Shown here one piece after another: positions 1 to 14,200 of a stretch of DNA of 64,000 bases (position 1 is its first letter; each line of letters starts with the position of its first letter). Below the pieces are notes generated by a model, which worked only from the letters and a program-made list of their open reading frames with translations, searched no databases and was not told the DNA's origin. Source of the DNA: Heterodontus francisci (lineage: Eukaryota); the NCBI RefSeq assembly GCF_036365525.1, contig NC_090412.1, forward strand, positions 7,110,123-7,174,122, given 5' to 3'. Made by a program: the position numbers and the translations under genes.

Positions 1-269
1 TGAAAATATAAGTTCTACAAAAGGGTTGATTTTTCGATTGTGAAGTGCAATTTAGATTAAACCTACCATTAGATAAAAGAACACAAGTTGGGAGCTTCCC
101 TACAGGGGAAGGTGAGGAAGAGAAACAGAGGTGAACAACCCTTATACAGTTCAACTCTTGTATGTTGGAGAAAATACAATTCAACCGTCAAGACCAAGGA
201 GCTTGTGCATCAATCATTCTACTAACAGTACAAGTGGATTTTTATTTTAGGATGACCATCCCTCATTGA

Positions 270-1715
270 GAAAGTTTCCTAATTATGAATGGGTTTGATA
301 TGGTAGACATTGATGTTTCCACTTATGGGGGAGTCCAAAACTAGGGTCAAATATAAGGTGGTCAGTAATAAATCCAAAAGGAAATTCAGGAGAAACTTCT
401 TTACCCAGAGAACGGTTAGCATATGGAACTCTCTGCCACATGGAGTGGCTATGGTAATTAGCAAAGATGCATTTAAGGGGAAGCTAGAAAAGGACATGAG
501 GGAGAAATGAATAACATAGAAACATAGAAAATAGGAGTAGGAGTAGGCCAATTGGCCCTTCGAGCCTGCTCTGCCATTCATTATGATCATGGCTGATCAT
601 CCAACTCAGTAGCCTGTTTCCGCTTTCGCCCCATATCCTTTGATCCCTTTAGACCCAAGAGTTATATCTAACTCCTTTTAGAAAACATTCAATGTTTTGG
701 CCTCAACTACTTTCTGTGGTAGCGAATTCCACAGGCTCACCACTCTCTGGGTGAAGAAATTTCTCCTCATCTCAGTCCTAAAAGGTTTAGCCCGTATCCT
801 TAAACTATGACCCCTGGTTCTGGACTCACCCACCATTGGGAACATCCTTCTTGCATCTACCCTGTCAAGTCCTGTTAGAATTTTATAGGTTTCTATGAGA
901 TTCCCCCCTCACTCTTCTGAACTCCAGCGAATATAATCCTAACTGACTCAATCTCTCTTCATATGTCAGTCCCGCCATCCCAGGAATCAGTCTGGCAAAC
1001 CTTCGCTGCACTCCCTCTATAGCAAGAACATCCTTCCTCAGATAAGGAGACCAAAACAGCACACAATATTCCAAGTATGGCCTCACCAAGGCCCTGCATA
1101 ATTGCAGCAAGACATCCCTGCTTCTGTACTCGAATCCTCTCGCTACGAAGGCCAACATACCATTTGCCTTTTTTACCGCCTGTGGCACTTGCATGCTTAC
1201 CTTCAGCGACTGGTGTACGAGAACACCCAGGTCTCGCTGCATATTCCCCTCTCTCAGTTTATAGCCCGATAATAATCTGCCTTCCTGTTTTTGCTACCAA
1301 AGTGGATAACCTCACATTTATCCACATTATGCTGCATCTGCCATGCATTAGCCCACTCACTCAACTTGTCCAAATCACCCTGAAGCCTCTCTGCATCCTC
1401 CTCACAACTCACCCTCCCACCCAGTTTTGTGTCATCTGCAAATTTGGAGATATTACATTTAGTTCCCTCATCTAAATCATTAATGTATATTATGAATAGC
1501 TGGGGTCCCTGTGGTACCCCACTAGTCACTGCCTGCCATTCGGAAAAAGACCCATTTATCCCTACTCTTTGTTTTCTGTCCGCCAACCAACTTTCTATCC
1601 ATCAATAGATGGACAAGGTGATAGGATTAGATAAAGTAGGGTGGGAGGAGGCTCATGTGGAACATAGGCAAGTTAGGCCAAATCACCTGTTTCTGTACTT
1701 TAAATTTTATGTAAC
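270..1715 (+). mobile_element. Older CR1 3' end (270-513 + 1604-1715), split by the nested CR1
   Basis: [17 protein letters not shown]; 3'UTR resumes at 1604. Confidence 0.8.
514..1603 (-). mobile_element. CR1 LINE 3' fragment nested in an older plus-strand CR1
   Basis: RT motifs SGVPQG, SKFADDTK, ALVRPYLEYC, ERLSQLGLYSLE; (tatgtttc)n tail; aata duplicated at 510-513 and 1604-1607. Confidence 0.93.
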
Positions 1716-2967
1716 TCTGCACAATAATGAAAAGGATGCAACATAACTTTGTAAGAGTACAAATGGAACAAAGGTGATTCCACATATCAAATTTAATTTA
1801 TGAGAAGGTGTCTTTGAAAAGAGAAATTATAATAATGATTAAATTGCTCACAGCACTGAGGAGATCAAATACCAAGGCAATTAAGTTAAAATTAAGAATT
1901 TAGGACTACCATTGGTCAGATGGAACTTGCTCACCTAAAGGGTAATAACAGCTGCAGCATAAACTACTAAGGAAGGGTATTGAAACACAAAATAATTGGA
2001 TCCGTTTCTGGACAATGAGGGATATAGTGGGAAGGGGGCAGGAATCTTTGGAAATCGGGACGGGCTCGTTGGATTAAACGACCTTTTACTATTCCAAAAT
2101 GTTCTGTACTTAAAATGTCTGTGAAACTTGTTTGATTCCAATGGCATTTATCTATATGAGTGCTATAAGCACCTCAATTTAATTCTTTACCCTTTTCCCC
2201 ACTGGTTTAATGGGACTGACAGAGGGTATGCTTTTTAAAAAAATATAAAATACAAGTTAATGTGATTCAACTACAGCAGAAGCAGAAAGAAGTGAACTCT
2301 TTGCCTCAGCTGCTATTGCAGCTCAGTATCATTTAAACTCAAAGGCGGCTTCTGCCGAAGTGCTGTGGTGCCTGAACAAATTCAAAGCTGATTGCTCCAG
2401 GTCTGATGTCGTCAGTGTTAGGCCACCTATAGTGGGATAGTAAATATAAAACCAGATGGAGCCTCATGGCCAGATCTTTCTCACAAGGCTCAAATATGTC
2501 CACCTGTTTTTCAATGACAGCAATTTCTTTGATAGAGTACATGCTTTTCTCATTTGATATAAAAGCATGACCTCTTCTGCTAGCCTAGTATCATGATGGT
2601 GAATGTATGTCATACAAAATAAAATCTGTTTCTCTATCTATATCTAAAGTCTGGTGTCTAGTGGGCATCTGTCACATTACAAAGTGTCACACTTTTGAGC
2701 TGCTGGCCTCAGATGTCAATCCTAAAGTCACAACCAAACAAGTATAGAGCTTACAATGGACAAGTAGCATCTTACATAAACATCAAGTAGAAGTAATTGT
2801 TTCCACATGTGCCATTTTGCAGGAATTAGACACCATGGTCTTCTCAACCAAGTCAAACACAGCTCCACATTATCACCAAAGTAATACATTGTACATTACA
2901 TGGTATAGCACTTTTGGTCTTTCTAAGACAATGCATCACCCGAATGAAGGTGTTTTTGTTTTTATTC

Positions 2968-3538
2968 TTTCATGGCAAGACCAGCATTTATTGCCCATCC
3001 CTTATTGCCTTTGAGAAGGTGGTGATGAGCCACCTTCTTGAACTGCTGCAGTCAGTGTGGTGTTGGTACACCCACAGTGCTGTCAGGGAGCAAGTTCCAG
3101 GATTTTGACCCAGCAACAGTGAAGGAATGGCAATATAGTTCCACGTCAGGATGGTGTGTGGTGTGGAAGGGCAACTTGCCAGCAGTGATGTTCCTATGCG
3201 TCTGATAAGCTTGTTCTTCTAGGTGGTAGAGCTCACAGGTTTGGAAAGTGCTGCTGATGAAGCTTTAATGAGTTGCTGCAGTGCCGTTTGTAGATGGTAC
3301 ACACCAGTCACAGTGCAAAGCTGGTGGAAGGAATGAATGCTTAAGGCAGTGGATGGGGTGCCAATCAAGCGGACTGCTTTGTCTTGGTTGGTGTTGAGCT
3401 TCTTGGGTGTTGTTGGAGCTGCATCCATCCAGGCAAGTGGAGAGTATTCCATCACACTCCTGATTTGTGCCTTGTAGATAACTGACAGACTTTGGGAAGT
3501 CAGGAAGTGAGTTACTCGCCGCACAATTCCCAGCCACC
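2968..3538 (-). mobile_element. LINE 3' fragment of a second CR1-group family; other copies at ~10330-11030, 15215-15480, 28440-28860, 51340-51600, 54070-54400, 55615-55785
   Basis: IYKAQIRSVMEYSPLAW...QDKAVRLIG, a typical post-RT LINE region; repeated across the window. Confidence 0.8.
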
Positions 3539-3739
3539 AGAGATTTGAAAATTAAACAATAATGTGCTCACTGGATGACAAGAAATTCAAGTGGAGTGAA
3601 CAGAAAAGTTCAGAATGACCAAATGTTGAGATTAACTTCAGTGCCCATGCCGTTGTTTCTAGAATTTACAGTGTGAAATGCTTTTTTGGTGATTAACAAA
3701 AATGCTGTGGCTGCATTAAGCAACAAGGAAAAGTATATT

Positions 3740-4480
3740 TAGCACAGGAACTGTGCAGTGTCATAGCTGGTCCACTGGATTCAGCGAGCAAACCAAAACA
3801 TCACATTATCTGATAGCAGCAAGCTCCAAAAATGTCACCTGCATTCTGAAGCATGGTAAATCGCTCTCAGATGATGAACTTATCAAGAGTGTTACACAGA
3901 GTAGTGCTGACATATTGTTCAGTGACTTTCCCTGACAAGGACAAACTGTGCAGTGCAGAGCAGAAATGCCTTTTGGTCAAAATACTGCCAAGGACAAGGT
4001 CCAGTGCATATCTAAAAATATCAGAGAACAACTCAAGATTGGTTTGCAAAAGGTTGCTATTTGCTTACTGTGTCTTGATGGAACTACCGATGTGACTAAG
4101 CGAGAGAGAGAGACAATTTGCAGCTGGCCCAAAGATGCATGTAGATTAACTGAAGCTGTTCAGTTTACCAGAGAAAATACAAGGAAAGATCACAAAGTAA
4201 GACATCTATGGAGAAAATATGTGTGACTGAAAGAATCAGCTTCCTGGTTTGTTGAGTCAGAAAGTGAGGCATTTAGTTGGCCCACTTCAGTGCTTGCAAT
4301 CATCAACCTGGCCTCAGAATGACACAACAGTGAAGAATCTGGAAGACATCCTGAAGACAGTAATGAAGATTACAAACCACACAGCAGCTTGAGCTCTGAA
4401 ACACCATCACAGTACAAAACTTTGCTGATGTATAAATCACTTCAGGTTGGTTAGTCAGGGGCAAGCGTTGGATTGATTTG
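3740..4480 (+). pseudogene. Decayed hAT (Charlie/Buster, GTF2IRD2/EPM2AIP1-like) transposase fragment
   Basis: Frameshifted pieces LKHGKSLSDDELIK..ILFSDFPDKDK, MPFGQNTAKDKVQCIS, CLDGTTDVT (xLDE[S/T]TDV-like), and a RWLSRG-like remnant near 4445-4470. Confidence 0.65.
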
Positions 4481-7400
4481 TGGTACCGCCTTGATTGGCA
4501 CAGCTGTCTCAGAGGGAGAAAGGTGAAGATTATCACAGTCGGCCTTCCATGGGTTACCAACTTAATGCTTTTTTTAAAAACTGATTTTATAAGGCATTGC
4601 AGTAAACTAAAAAAAACCCCTGCAAAACTGGGGAACATAAGCAACCGACAGAGAAAAGTCAACATGAAAAGTGTGTCAAAAATATAATAAGACGACAAGT
4701 TGTGCAGACAAGAAGTGCACAGAGGTAAAATGTTTAACATATTATAGACATAGGTATATAAACTAAAGGGGAAAATATCCAATTTAGAAAGCAACAGGAC
4801 ACCATAAACAAATATTGCACACTGTGTAATCAACAAGTGAAGCCTTAAATCCAATGACAACTCACTCTTGAAATCTCTTCTTCTACATAGAAAATGCTTC
4901 ATTTACTAAATAATAAGACAGGAGTGTAACAGCTTTCCTTCAAATTTAACAGCTATACACATGGGATTGATTACATGGATATTACCCGGGAGAGCTCGTC
5001 ATATTTATTTTCTCATTACCTGTGTTGCAGCTGCTTCCTGCCCAATTCCTCAGAGCAATTTCTAGGTCCCCTACACCCATCAGGACTCACAAACAGGAGT
5101 GCATATCCCAATGCACAGAATTGCCAATTACATATCTGTATGAAGGTCAAACTTTTAAGGTTACTTTTAGCATCACTGCAAAGCTAAGCAAGGAATCTAA
5201 TCATTTTCTTTTAAAACACTGCACTACTCAAATGTTAATCTTTAAAAATAAAACACATGATTGAAGTTTTTTGCAGATTATTATTTTCCATTATATCTCA
5301 AATCTAGTGTCAAAAGCCAACTTCTTAATCCCAGTGAAAAATAATGGGAGCTTTAACGTAATCTGTTATCAGAATGGCTGTGTTTTCTCTTGGTTTATTT
5401 GTTTGAAGAACATTCTTTAGATTATAAACGATGACATTTTAAAACTGCTCAGATGCTTTTGTGTTTCCCCCGATTGGGTGTCGAAGAACAGTTGCTCCCA
5501 ATATGTTTTGACTTCTAAAAAAATGCTGATGCTCCACTTTTACCATCTGGCCCAATTAACAATACAAAGGGTTTAGAAGACCTTAGTACGACTGTTTAGC
5601 AATTCCCTGTCAGATCTGAACAGCTTGATTTTAAACTTTCCAGTTTTTGAGCATTTAAAAAGGAACTGTAATTATTTTCGTTAGGAGCTCATAGTTAAGT
5701 ATGATGGCTTTTCACTGCAGTGAAACTACAATCTTTGTTCACTTCTCACAGACTGAGGAATTTCAATCATTATCATCTGTATAAAAACAATTTCCAATAC
5801 ACTTCTGTCGTCCGATATTTAGGGGTTAGTGAGCCTGTGGCTATGAGAGACCCTGTACCTGTACACTAAAATCCCCAACAACAAGGAGCTCTGTTGAGTA
5901 GGAGTTAAAGGGGGAAACTCTGTTTACAATTCCCACATGGCAAGTTCGGAATCTTGGCTCAGATGGAGAGTCACCACCCCTCCCCTCCCCTGGCCTGCGC
6001 TCATGCAGTTCCTTAAGGCCAACTGCACATCAGGGAATATCAGAATAGGCTGTCTGTTCACCCATTCGGCTGGTGAACAGTGGGGCGTGGGAGAGAAAAT
6101 AAGAAAATAAATTAAAACACATGAGACAATCAGAAATAAAACTCTTCAGTCATGCAGTTACATAGCGGCTTACATGTCAAAACAACATAGTCTCTATACT
6201 TGTGTAGAGTACTATTATGCAATCAAATATGCCAGTGATTCTTTATCAAAATCTACATGCATGCCACAAGATAAGTGACCAAATAATACGCTCTCTGGTG
6301 ATATGGGTGGGTTAAGAGGGGAATTTGACCAGGGCATTGGGAGAACGGCATTATTCCATTTGAATAGTGCCCTAGGTTCTTTAACAACCATCTCTACAGG
6401 CAATCGGAACAAGATCTAAAGTCTTATTTGAAGGAAGGCACCTCGAACAATGCAGCACTTTCTCAGCAACCTGTCAGCCTAGATTATCTGCTCAAAGCCT
6501 ACTGTGCAGCTCAAACTCTTAATTTTCTAATTTAGAAATGAGATTATCCAATGAGGGAAGCCGATGCCCCATAACATCAACAATGGATCTTCCTCCACTG
6601 TTCACTTTGTCAGATATGGTGTTCATTGATGGTTCTGCTACTAAAATGCAATTATTCTCTCTCTGTATATAGATAAAAAGAAATATTTGCACTTATGTAA
6701 TATCTTTCATTACCTCACAATACCATAAAGCACTTTACAGCCAATGAAGTGCTGTTGATGCAGTCACTGTTGTAATATCAGAAATATGGCACCCAATTTG
6801 TGCACAGCTCCCATAATAGACGATGTGATAATGACCAGATAATCTGTTTTTAGGTGTTGAATGAGGGATAAATATTGACCAGGTTACCGGGGTCAACTCC
6901 CCGTACTTCTTCAAAATAGTGGATGGGATATTTTATGTCCATTAGAGAGGGCAGATGGGCCCTTGGTTTAATGTCTCACCTAAGAGACAGAATGGAATTG
7001 AACCCACAACCTTCTGACTCAGAGGCAGCAATGCTACCCATCAAGCCACGATTGACATATTTCTCACTATACTGGGAAAATCAATTTTGAGTACTGAAGT
7101 TTGAGCTAAGTGTACCATAAGACTGCTCCACCTAGACACTTAACAGTAGTAGGGTAGTGAAAAAAAAGCAATGAGATCCCTCACCCTAATCATGGTCAAA
7201 GTCAGCAGAGACCAGGGGAAGGATTTTCCTTGCAAGCTTCCGAACCCTGCCCTGAGGCTGAAATGTGGGTCAGCAGCCCCACTGTGTGGGAGACAGCCAT
7301 TTCATAATGATTTTCCCTGAATTGGCCAATTAATGGCCAAAGAGTTGGCTTGCCGTCCAAGAAAGGGCAGTGGGCAGGCTCTCGAAGTTGGAGGGCCAAT

Positions 7401-8133
7401 CAGAGGTCTTCCAGCTTGAAAGGAGTATCAGATTGCAATGGAAGATGTAAGGGGAGGGTGCTTCAAAATGGAGGCACCCTCTCTCCAACATATTTTAAAT
7501 TTAAATTAAAAGTTGGCTTTTGCAGCCAAGCCACTACTGTTATGGGTGGTGGGGCGGGGAAGCCCCTCCACAGGGTGGTCTGCGGTTGCTGCTGCACACA
7601 GACAGGCAGGGAGGGCCTCTTGGCCTGCCTGGAGCGCTGGCCCCTTGTCTGCCGCCAGGAGGCTGCCTCCAAACAGTTAAATGCATCGGTGTAGACTCGA
7701 TGGGCCGAAGGGCCTCTTCTGCACTGTATTATTCTGTAATTCTGTGAAACTGGACCCCGCTGCCTGTGGGGACCTGGAGGCTAACTGGAAAATTCTAGCT
7801 TCCTTTAAATGGCCGTTAATTGGTTTAATCGGCTACCTGCCACTTGTCGCGCACCCATCCCACCTCCAGAAAAACAGCCCAGAGACGGGATGGAGCCCGG
7901 GAACTAGCACACTGGCCAGTGGCGCTATTTTTAGCGCCTGCCCACCTCTGATCTTACTTGGCACCTACCTGTTTTGTACAGCTCACCACTACACCAGTTG
8001 GAGCGCCTAGCCACTGACCCAACTAGGAGATGTTCGGAGTATTTTCAATTGCAGTTAACATTCTATAATTGTGCTAAGAAGCATGGAAACAGAATTTATT
8101 TTCCTAATTTGAGTTTGCTACAAGGTTACCAAC

Positions 8134-8213
8134 CTTTAATACATTTCGTGCATCAAACGACTCCCTTTCACGCAAATTCTGCTTCCCCAGAGTGCTGTTG
8201 GCTCGACCTTCCA
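8134..8213 (-). CDS. ASCC1: ASCC1 coding exon 8 (penultimate)
   Basis: VEGRANSTLGKQNLRERESFDARNVLK; 80 nt; cttttag| and AAG|gttggt. Confidence 0.92.
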
Positions 8214-11200
8214 CTAAAAGGTGACAAAGGTTTTTGTTATTCACATGCTATCTCAGCCACCAAAATGGAATTACAAAAAACAAAACTTATGACTGCAGCT
8301 CAGAAATATCCCTGGCTCTCACATTTGTTAGCTCCCCAGTGCTGAGCTCAGATGGTGTGAACTAGGTATTGATATCCCAGCTACCTTTAATTCTACGCCA
8401 ACTTCCCTCCTGCAGGTGTCCACTCCTTCTGGGGGACAGCTTCACAGGTGCTGCTCGCCCTCTGTCTGTTCACTCATATTGACCATTCATCACTTGTGAG
8501 TTACGTCAATGAGGGCTTATCACAACTCTGAAACAACTCTGAGCAATCTCAAAGAGAACAAGCTAATCTTATCAAAACCCCATCAGCAAACAAGCCTCCT
8601 ACCAGATAAAAAGGGACTAAAATTTCATCAGTTTCTTGGAGGCCTAAAACAAATAAGCAACTCAATACTGATATCAGTATTCTGCTCACCTTCACGATTC
8701 CACACACACACCCCCCCAACCACTACACCTCTTGCTCTCTCCAGCAAACTACAGAATAAGATTGTGTGCCTTATCTATGTGCGTACATCGTATTGACTCT
8801 ATGCCTGAAATCTTAACTTGCCTTTTCTATCTGCAGATGTTAATGCACCTGTTGTGCAAGTCCTGTGAAGCACCTTTATCGCAGTACCTTTAATTCTGAG
8901 GGTTAATATCATGGCCTTTACAGCATGCTGCGCATTGGCATGTTAAGGCTCTTTGTATTGATCACACTGTGTGACTGGCATAGAGTGATATTGCATTGGG
9001 TGTGGCAAATGGAATAAGTATTTCACACATACCTGTTGGGTCCCTTCTGAAAAGAGTGTTCATCAAAGTAGCATGGAGCTTCACCCTGTCCCATTCCTTC
9101 TCCGTCAGCCCCGAGGCAACAAATCGCTCCATCAGCCCATCTACAACCAGCTGTAATCTGTGCACAAAGGAATAAACAGGTCACAGAAACAACAGGAGCG
9201 TGCACCAAAACCGGATGATCACAGATTGATGGTTTACAGCAGCTTACCTCACCTGCTCTCACATCTGGCCAGCTTTTGTTCCAAGGTGGGGTTTTTTCCC
9301 CACTCTAATGAGGCATGGGAAGGAGAAGGGGAAAGTGAGGAACTAACCATTGCCCATCTCACGCCAAGCCTGTGCGACAATCTCAGTGCACCATTGTTAG
9401 CAAGCGCTGAAGAATCTCAACCACCATTTCTTGGGTCAGAGGATCTGGAATTGGCTGTTGAGCCCATCAAGGCTTCCTTGCTATTTCAATGACTGTGGCA
9501 CATCTAACTTTTGAATTCTCTGCCCTTTCTCCATAATCCCCGAATAGCTTCATTCTCCCAAGCACCTCCCTTTTAAACACTCAAATTTCTTCTGCATCTA
9601 CAGACTCCTCAATTTGCTTTTAGTCAGCTCAGTTTCCATTCTAAGATAATGGCCATCTCCCTCCAGTCTTCCCCATTTATTTCGATTTAAAAAGCATCAG
9701 TACTAGATAGCACTCATTGGTGGGCTTTTTTTTCATGAGTTTCATCATGGCTCAGTCTAATCTATCTCATCGAAAATTCATCTGCAGTAGAGGTCAGTAG
9801 AAGATTGCTTGATTTTGTCCCTTCAAACCCCGGGCACTGAGGCCCCCAAACACTAATTCAGCACAGCTCAGGCAATTGAACTTAAGAGCCTTGAAAGTCG
9901 GCGATTAGGGTCGTGCTATTTGGAAAGAAGGCTGCATGTGTCCTGGCTTTTATAACCCCTTCAGAATCAGCCTGTATTATTTGCTCAAGTCCTGGAGTGG
10001 GACTTGAACCTTCTGACTCAAGGGAGAACCTGTTTTAATGATGACAGGAATTGGAGGGTGGTGGGGGGAAATTTCTTTTTTTGAAAATTGAGAATTATTT
10101 CTCATTTTCTTCTGTCCAAAATGTACATCTTGAAAACTGAAAATGAAGTTTTGGAAAAGGGGACCAGTTGACACAAAAAGCCTTGAGAAATCTTGCTGTT
10201 TTGATGTAATTAGGAAATATGATGCTCAATGACAAAGGGTCTCTGATTTTAGGGCATTATTGAGGAACATTTCTCAAAGAGCCAATTAACACTCCCACAG
10301 AAGATAACTTTGCATAAGGATGCTGACAGTTAAAAACCCATCTGGTACACTCATTTTCTTCAGGGAAGGAAATCTGTCATCCTTACTTGGTCTGGCCTAC
10401 GTGTAACTCCAGATTCACAGCAACGTGGTTGACTCTTAACTGCCCTCTGAAATGGCCTTGCAAGCCATTCAGTTGCATCGAACCGCTGCAGAAAATTTGA
10501 ATTAAAAAAATGGACCAACCTAGGCAATAGAAATGAAAAAGGCATACTCTGCTCATTCCTCCTCACTAACAGCTGGGGATGTGCGCTAAAATTGGGAGAG
10601 CTGGCCCACAGATTTGTCAAGCAGCAGCCCCTGACACAGTCAAGCTCATTGAATCATACCTTACTAGCCAATGTAAGACAGTCACTCCCTCCACCACTGG
10701 CACACAAGTGGCAGCAGTGTGTACCATCTACAAGATGCATTGCAGCAACCCGCCAAGGCTCCTTCGACAGCACCTTCCAAACCTGAGACCTCTACCACCT
10801 AGAAGAAAAAGGGCACCAGGCGCATGGAAACATCACCACCTCCAAGTTCCCCTCCAAGTCACACACGCCATTCCTTCACAGTTGCTGGGTCAAAATTCTG
10901 GAATTTCCTCCCTTACACTACACGAACTGCAGTGGTTGAAGAAGCTGTCGCACTACCACCTTCTCAAGGGCAATTAGGGATGGGCAATAAATGCCGGCAC
11001 TGATAGTGATACTCTCATCCATGAACAGATTTAAAAAAAACAACACATACTGCACTTTATAAATATAAAATGGTTAAAAACAATTCCCATCTTGGGGGCA
11101 GTCAAAAGGGCATGACTAAAATAGTCTCAGCAACACAAGTAAAGTTACTTTCAGCAGACAAGGGCTTTGCGTTGTCCCACAGAAACTGGTCACAGTAGGA

Positions 11201-14200
11201 ATTCACCAAGTAGAACTGATGTCAGTAACTTGATCCTTTGGGCGAATGAAGCAAGGTAGAAAATGTTTTTACACTGTGGTGAGCTAGAGAGAGAAGACCA
11301 GTGCCCAATCATTTACGACTCCCAAATTGGAAACCCAGCGAGCCCTCCTGCCATCCGACTTGTGAGGATGGGCAAGTAAGAACACCAACCCCGTGGAACC
11401 CACAGGTAGGAGCCAACTCAACTTACACTGCCACAATGCAGAAGTCCCTGGAGCAGAGTGTGACGCTGGGCAGTAAGGCATGTACAGCAGCATAGCTGTC
11501 AGGTCCCCTGCATAGGTGAGAGTCACTTCCATTTTCCATGTCAATAAGCAACAATAAACTGGAAACGTTTAATAGTGCCTAATTCATTGCATTACAATGG
11601 GGGGATTGCTAAAACAGCTCTTCGGACTGTACAGTAAATGCAGTGCTGAAGCTTTAAATTACCATCAGGAGTGACTTCCAAGTGTCTTTCTTAACGGTTA
11701 TTCAGACTGTGTCCTGTATTTTACAAGAAGTACATGTCGTGTGAAGGGCACCTATAAATCAACAATATCTCTGTGCATTCCAACCCCTTGATTTGTGTGC
11801 ACTCAGGTGACATCCTGGCTTCAGTACATGTTTGCAATACTTTTCAGTGGATTTCAATTCTTTAAAGACCATCTTTTAGTCATTTTACTGTTTCACTGCC
11901 TTTCACTCACATCCACCAAGAAAACAACCAAGGCTCATGGCTTAGAGCAAGATAAAAAGGAAACTGCGCATGTAAAATCAAATCAGAAAATGCTAGAAAT
12001 GCACAGCTGTGCACACTTCATCAGTAGCATCAGAACGGTTTTTAAATCTCACAGCTACTGAATGACCTGCTGAGTACTTCCAGCATTTTACGGTTCTATT
12101 TTGTCTCTATAACATGGGATTCAGCGAATTTTACCAGTGTTCCAAAAATCACATTTCACTGCTTCATTTGTCAGTGCCCTTGCCACCCCAACCCATGAAA
12201 ACCAAAAACCAATGATCTTGAAAATGACCAAGGACCAATTAGAAAAAATACAAGGGAAAACTGCACAGCAAATAAAGACAACCTTGCACGTCATCATGGT
12301 CTCAGAAACATCCCAATGAATTATTTTGAAAGACAATGGGCATCACCTAGACAAATCCAGCCACCATTTCACAGAATCATAGACTGATTCAGTACAGGAA
12401 GAGGCCATTTGGTCCATCATGCCTACGGTGGCTCTTTCAAAGAGCTATCCAATTTGTCCCACTGACCTGCTCTCTCCTCAAAGTTCTGCAAATGTTTCCC
12501 CTTCCCTCTGGCAAATTATTATTCAATCTGCTTCTACCACCCTTTCAGGTAGTGAGTTCCAGATCATAACTCACTGCATTAAAAAAAAAAATTGTCACAG
12601 CAAGATTCCCAAAATAGCTACAATATGAATAGCTGGTTAACCTGTTTTTTTTGAGCCATTGGATGCTGCACAGATGCCCCTCTACATTGCTTTCATTGGT
12701 CTCACCAAAGCCTTTGACCTCGTCAGCAGACGTGGTCTCTTCAGACTACTAGAAAAGATTGGATGCCCACCAAAGCTACTAAGTATCATCACCTCATTCC
12801 ATGACAATATGAAAGGCACAATTCAACATGGTGGCTCCTCCTCAGAGCCCTTTCCTATCCTGAGTGGCGTGAAACAGGGCTGTGTTCTCGCACCCACACT
12901 TTTTGGGATTTTCTTCTCCCTGCTGCTTTCATATGTGTTCAAGTCCTCTGAAGAAGGAATTTTCCTCCACACAAGATCAGGGGGCAGGTTGTTTAACCTT
13001 GCCCGTCTAAGAGCGAAGTCCAAAGTACGGAAAGTCCTCATCAGGGAACTCCTCTTTGCTGACGATGCTGCTTTAACATCTCACACTCAAGAATGCCTGC
13101 AGAGTCTCATCGACAGGTTTGCGGCTGCCTGCAATGAATTTGGCCTAACCATCAGCCTCAAGAAAACAAACATCATGGGGCAGGATGTCAGAAATGCTCC
13201 ATCCATCAATATTGGCGACCACGCTCTGGAAGTGGTTCAAGAGTTCACCTACCTAGGCTCAACTATCACCAATAACCTGTCTCTAGATGCAGAAATCAAC
13301 AAGCGCATGGGAAAGGCTTCCACTGCTATGTCCAGACTGGCCAAGAGAGTGTGGGAAAATGGCGCACTGACACGGAACACAAAAGTCCGAGTGTATCAGG
13401 CCTGTGTCCTCAGTACCTTGCTCTATGGCAGCGAGGCCTGGACAACGTATGTCAGCCAAGAGCGACGTCTCAATTCATTCCATCTTCGCTGCCTCCGGAG
13501 AATACTTGGTATCAGGTGGCAGGACCATATCTCCAACACAGAAGTCCTCGAGGCGGCCAACATCCCCAGCTTGTACACACTACTGAGTCAGCGGCGCTTG
13601 AGATGGCTTGGCCATGTGAGCCGCATGGAAGATGGCAGGATCCCCAAAGACACATTGTACAGCGAGCTCGCCACTGGTATCAGACCCTCCGGCCGTCCAT
13701 GTCTCCGCTATAAAGACGTCTGCAAACGCGACATGAAATCCTGTGACATTGATCACAAGTCGTGGGAGTCAGTTGCCAGCGTTCGCCAGAGCTGGCGGGC
13801 AGCCATAAAGACGGGGCTAAAATGTGGCGAGTCGAAGAGACTTAGTAGTTGGCAGGAAAAAAGACAGAGGCGCAAGGGGAGAGCCAACTGTGCAACAGCC
13901 CCGACAAACAAAGTTCTCTGCAGCACTTGTGGAAGAGCCTGTCACTCTAGAATTGGCCTTTATAGCCACGCCAGACGCTGCTTCACAAACCACTGACCAC
14001 CTCCAGGCGCGTATCCATTGTCTCTCGAGATAAGGAGGCCCAAAAGAAGACAAAGAAGGATGCTGCACGAATGTCGGGCAAGAATTAGAAGTTTGATCAC
14101 TGGGCGGGAGAAAGGAGAGGGGAGGGGATATTTATTTTTTACATCCATGGTCTACAAAGGGAAATAATCTCCTCAGCTCTTAGTCATCCCCAGAAACCAC

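Noticed and set aside
7200-7960. GC-rich segment with overlapping ORFs as a gene or promoter
   Set aside because: Looks like a decayed repeat with imperfect inverted ccaattaa[c/t]ggcca motifs and an inserted CR1 tail (~7683-7745); no recognisable protein.
1-8133. ASCC1 final coding exon
   Set aside because: No LF..F.FG...SQR-like segment with an acceptor found by eye; presumably left of the window.
12659-13996. 445-aa ORF as a domesticated RT gene
   Set aside because: 5'-truncated RTE copy with a TSD; the ORF start is TTG in flanking DNA, and the motif-A Asp is mutated.
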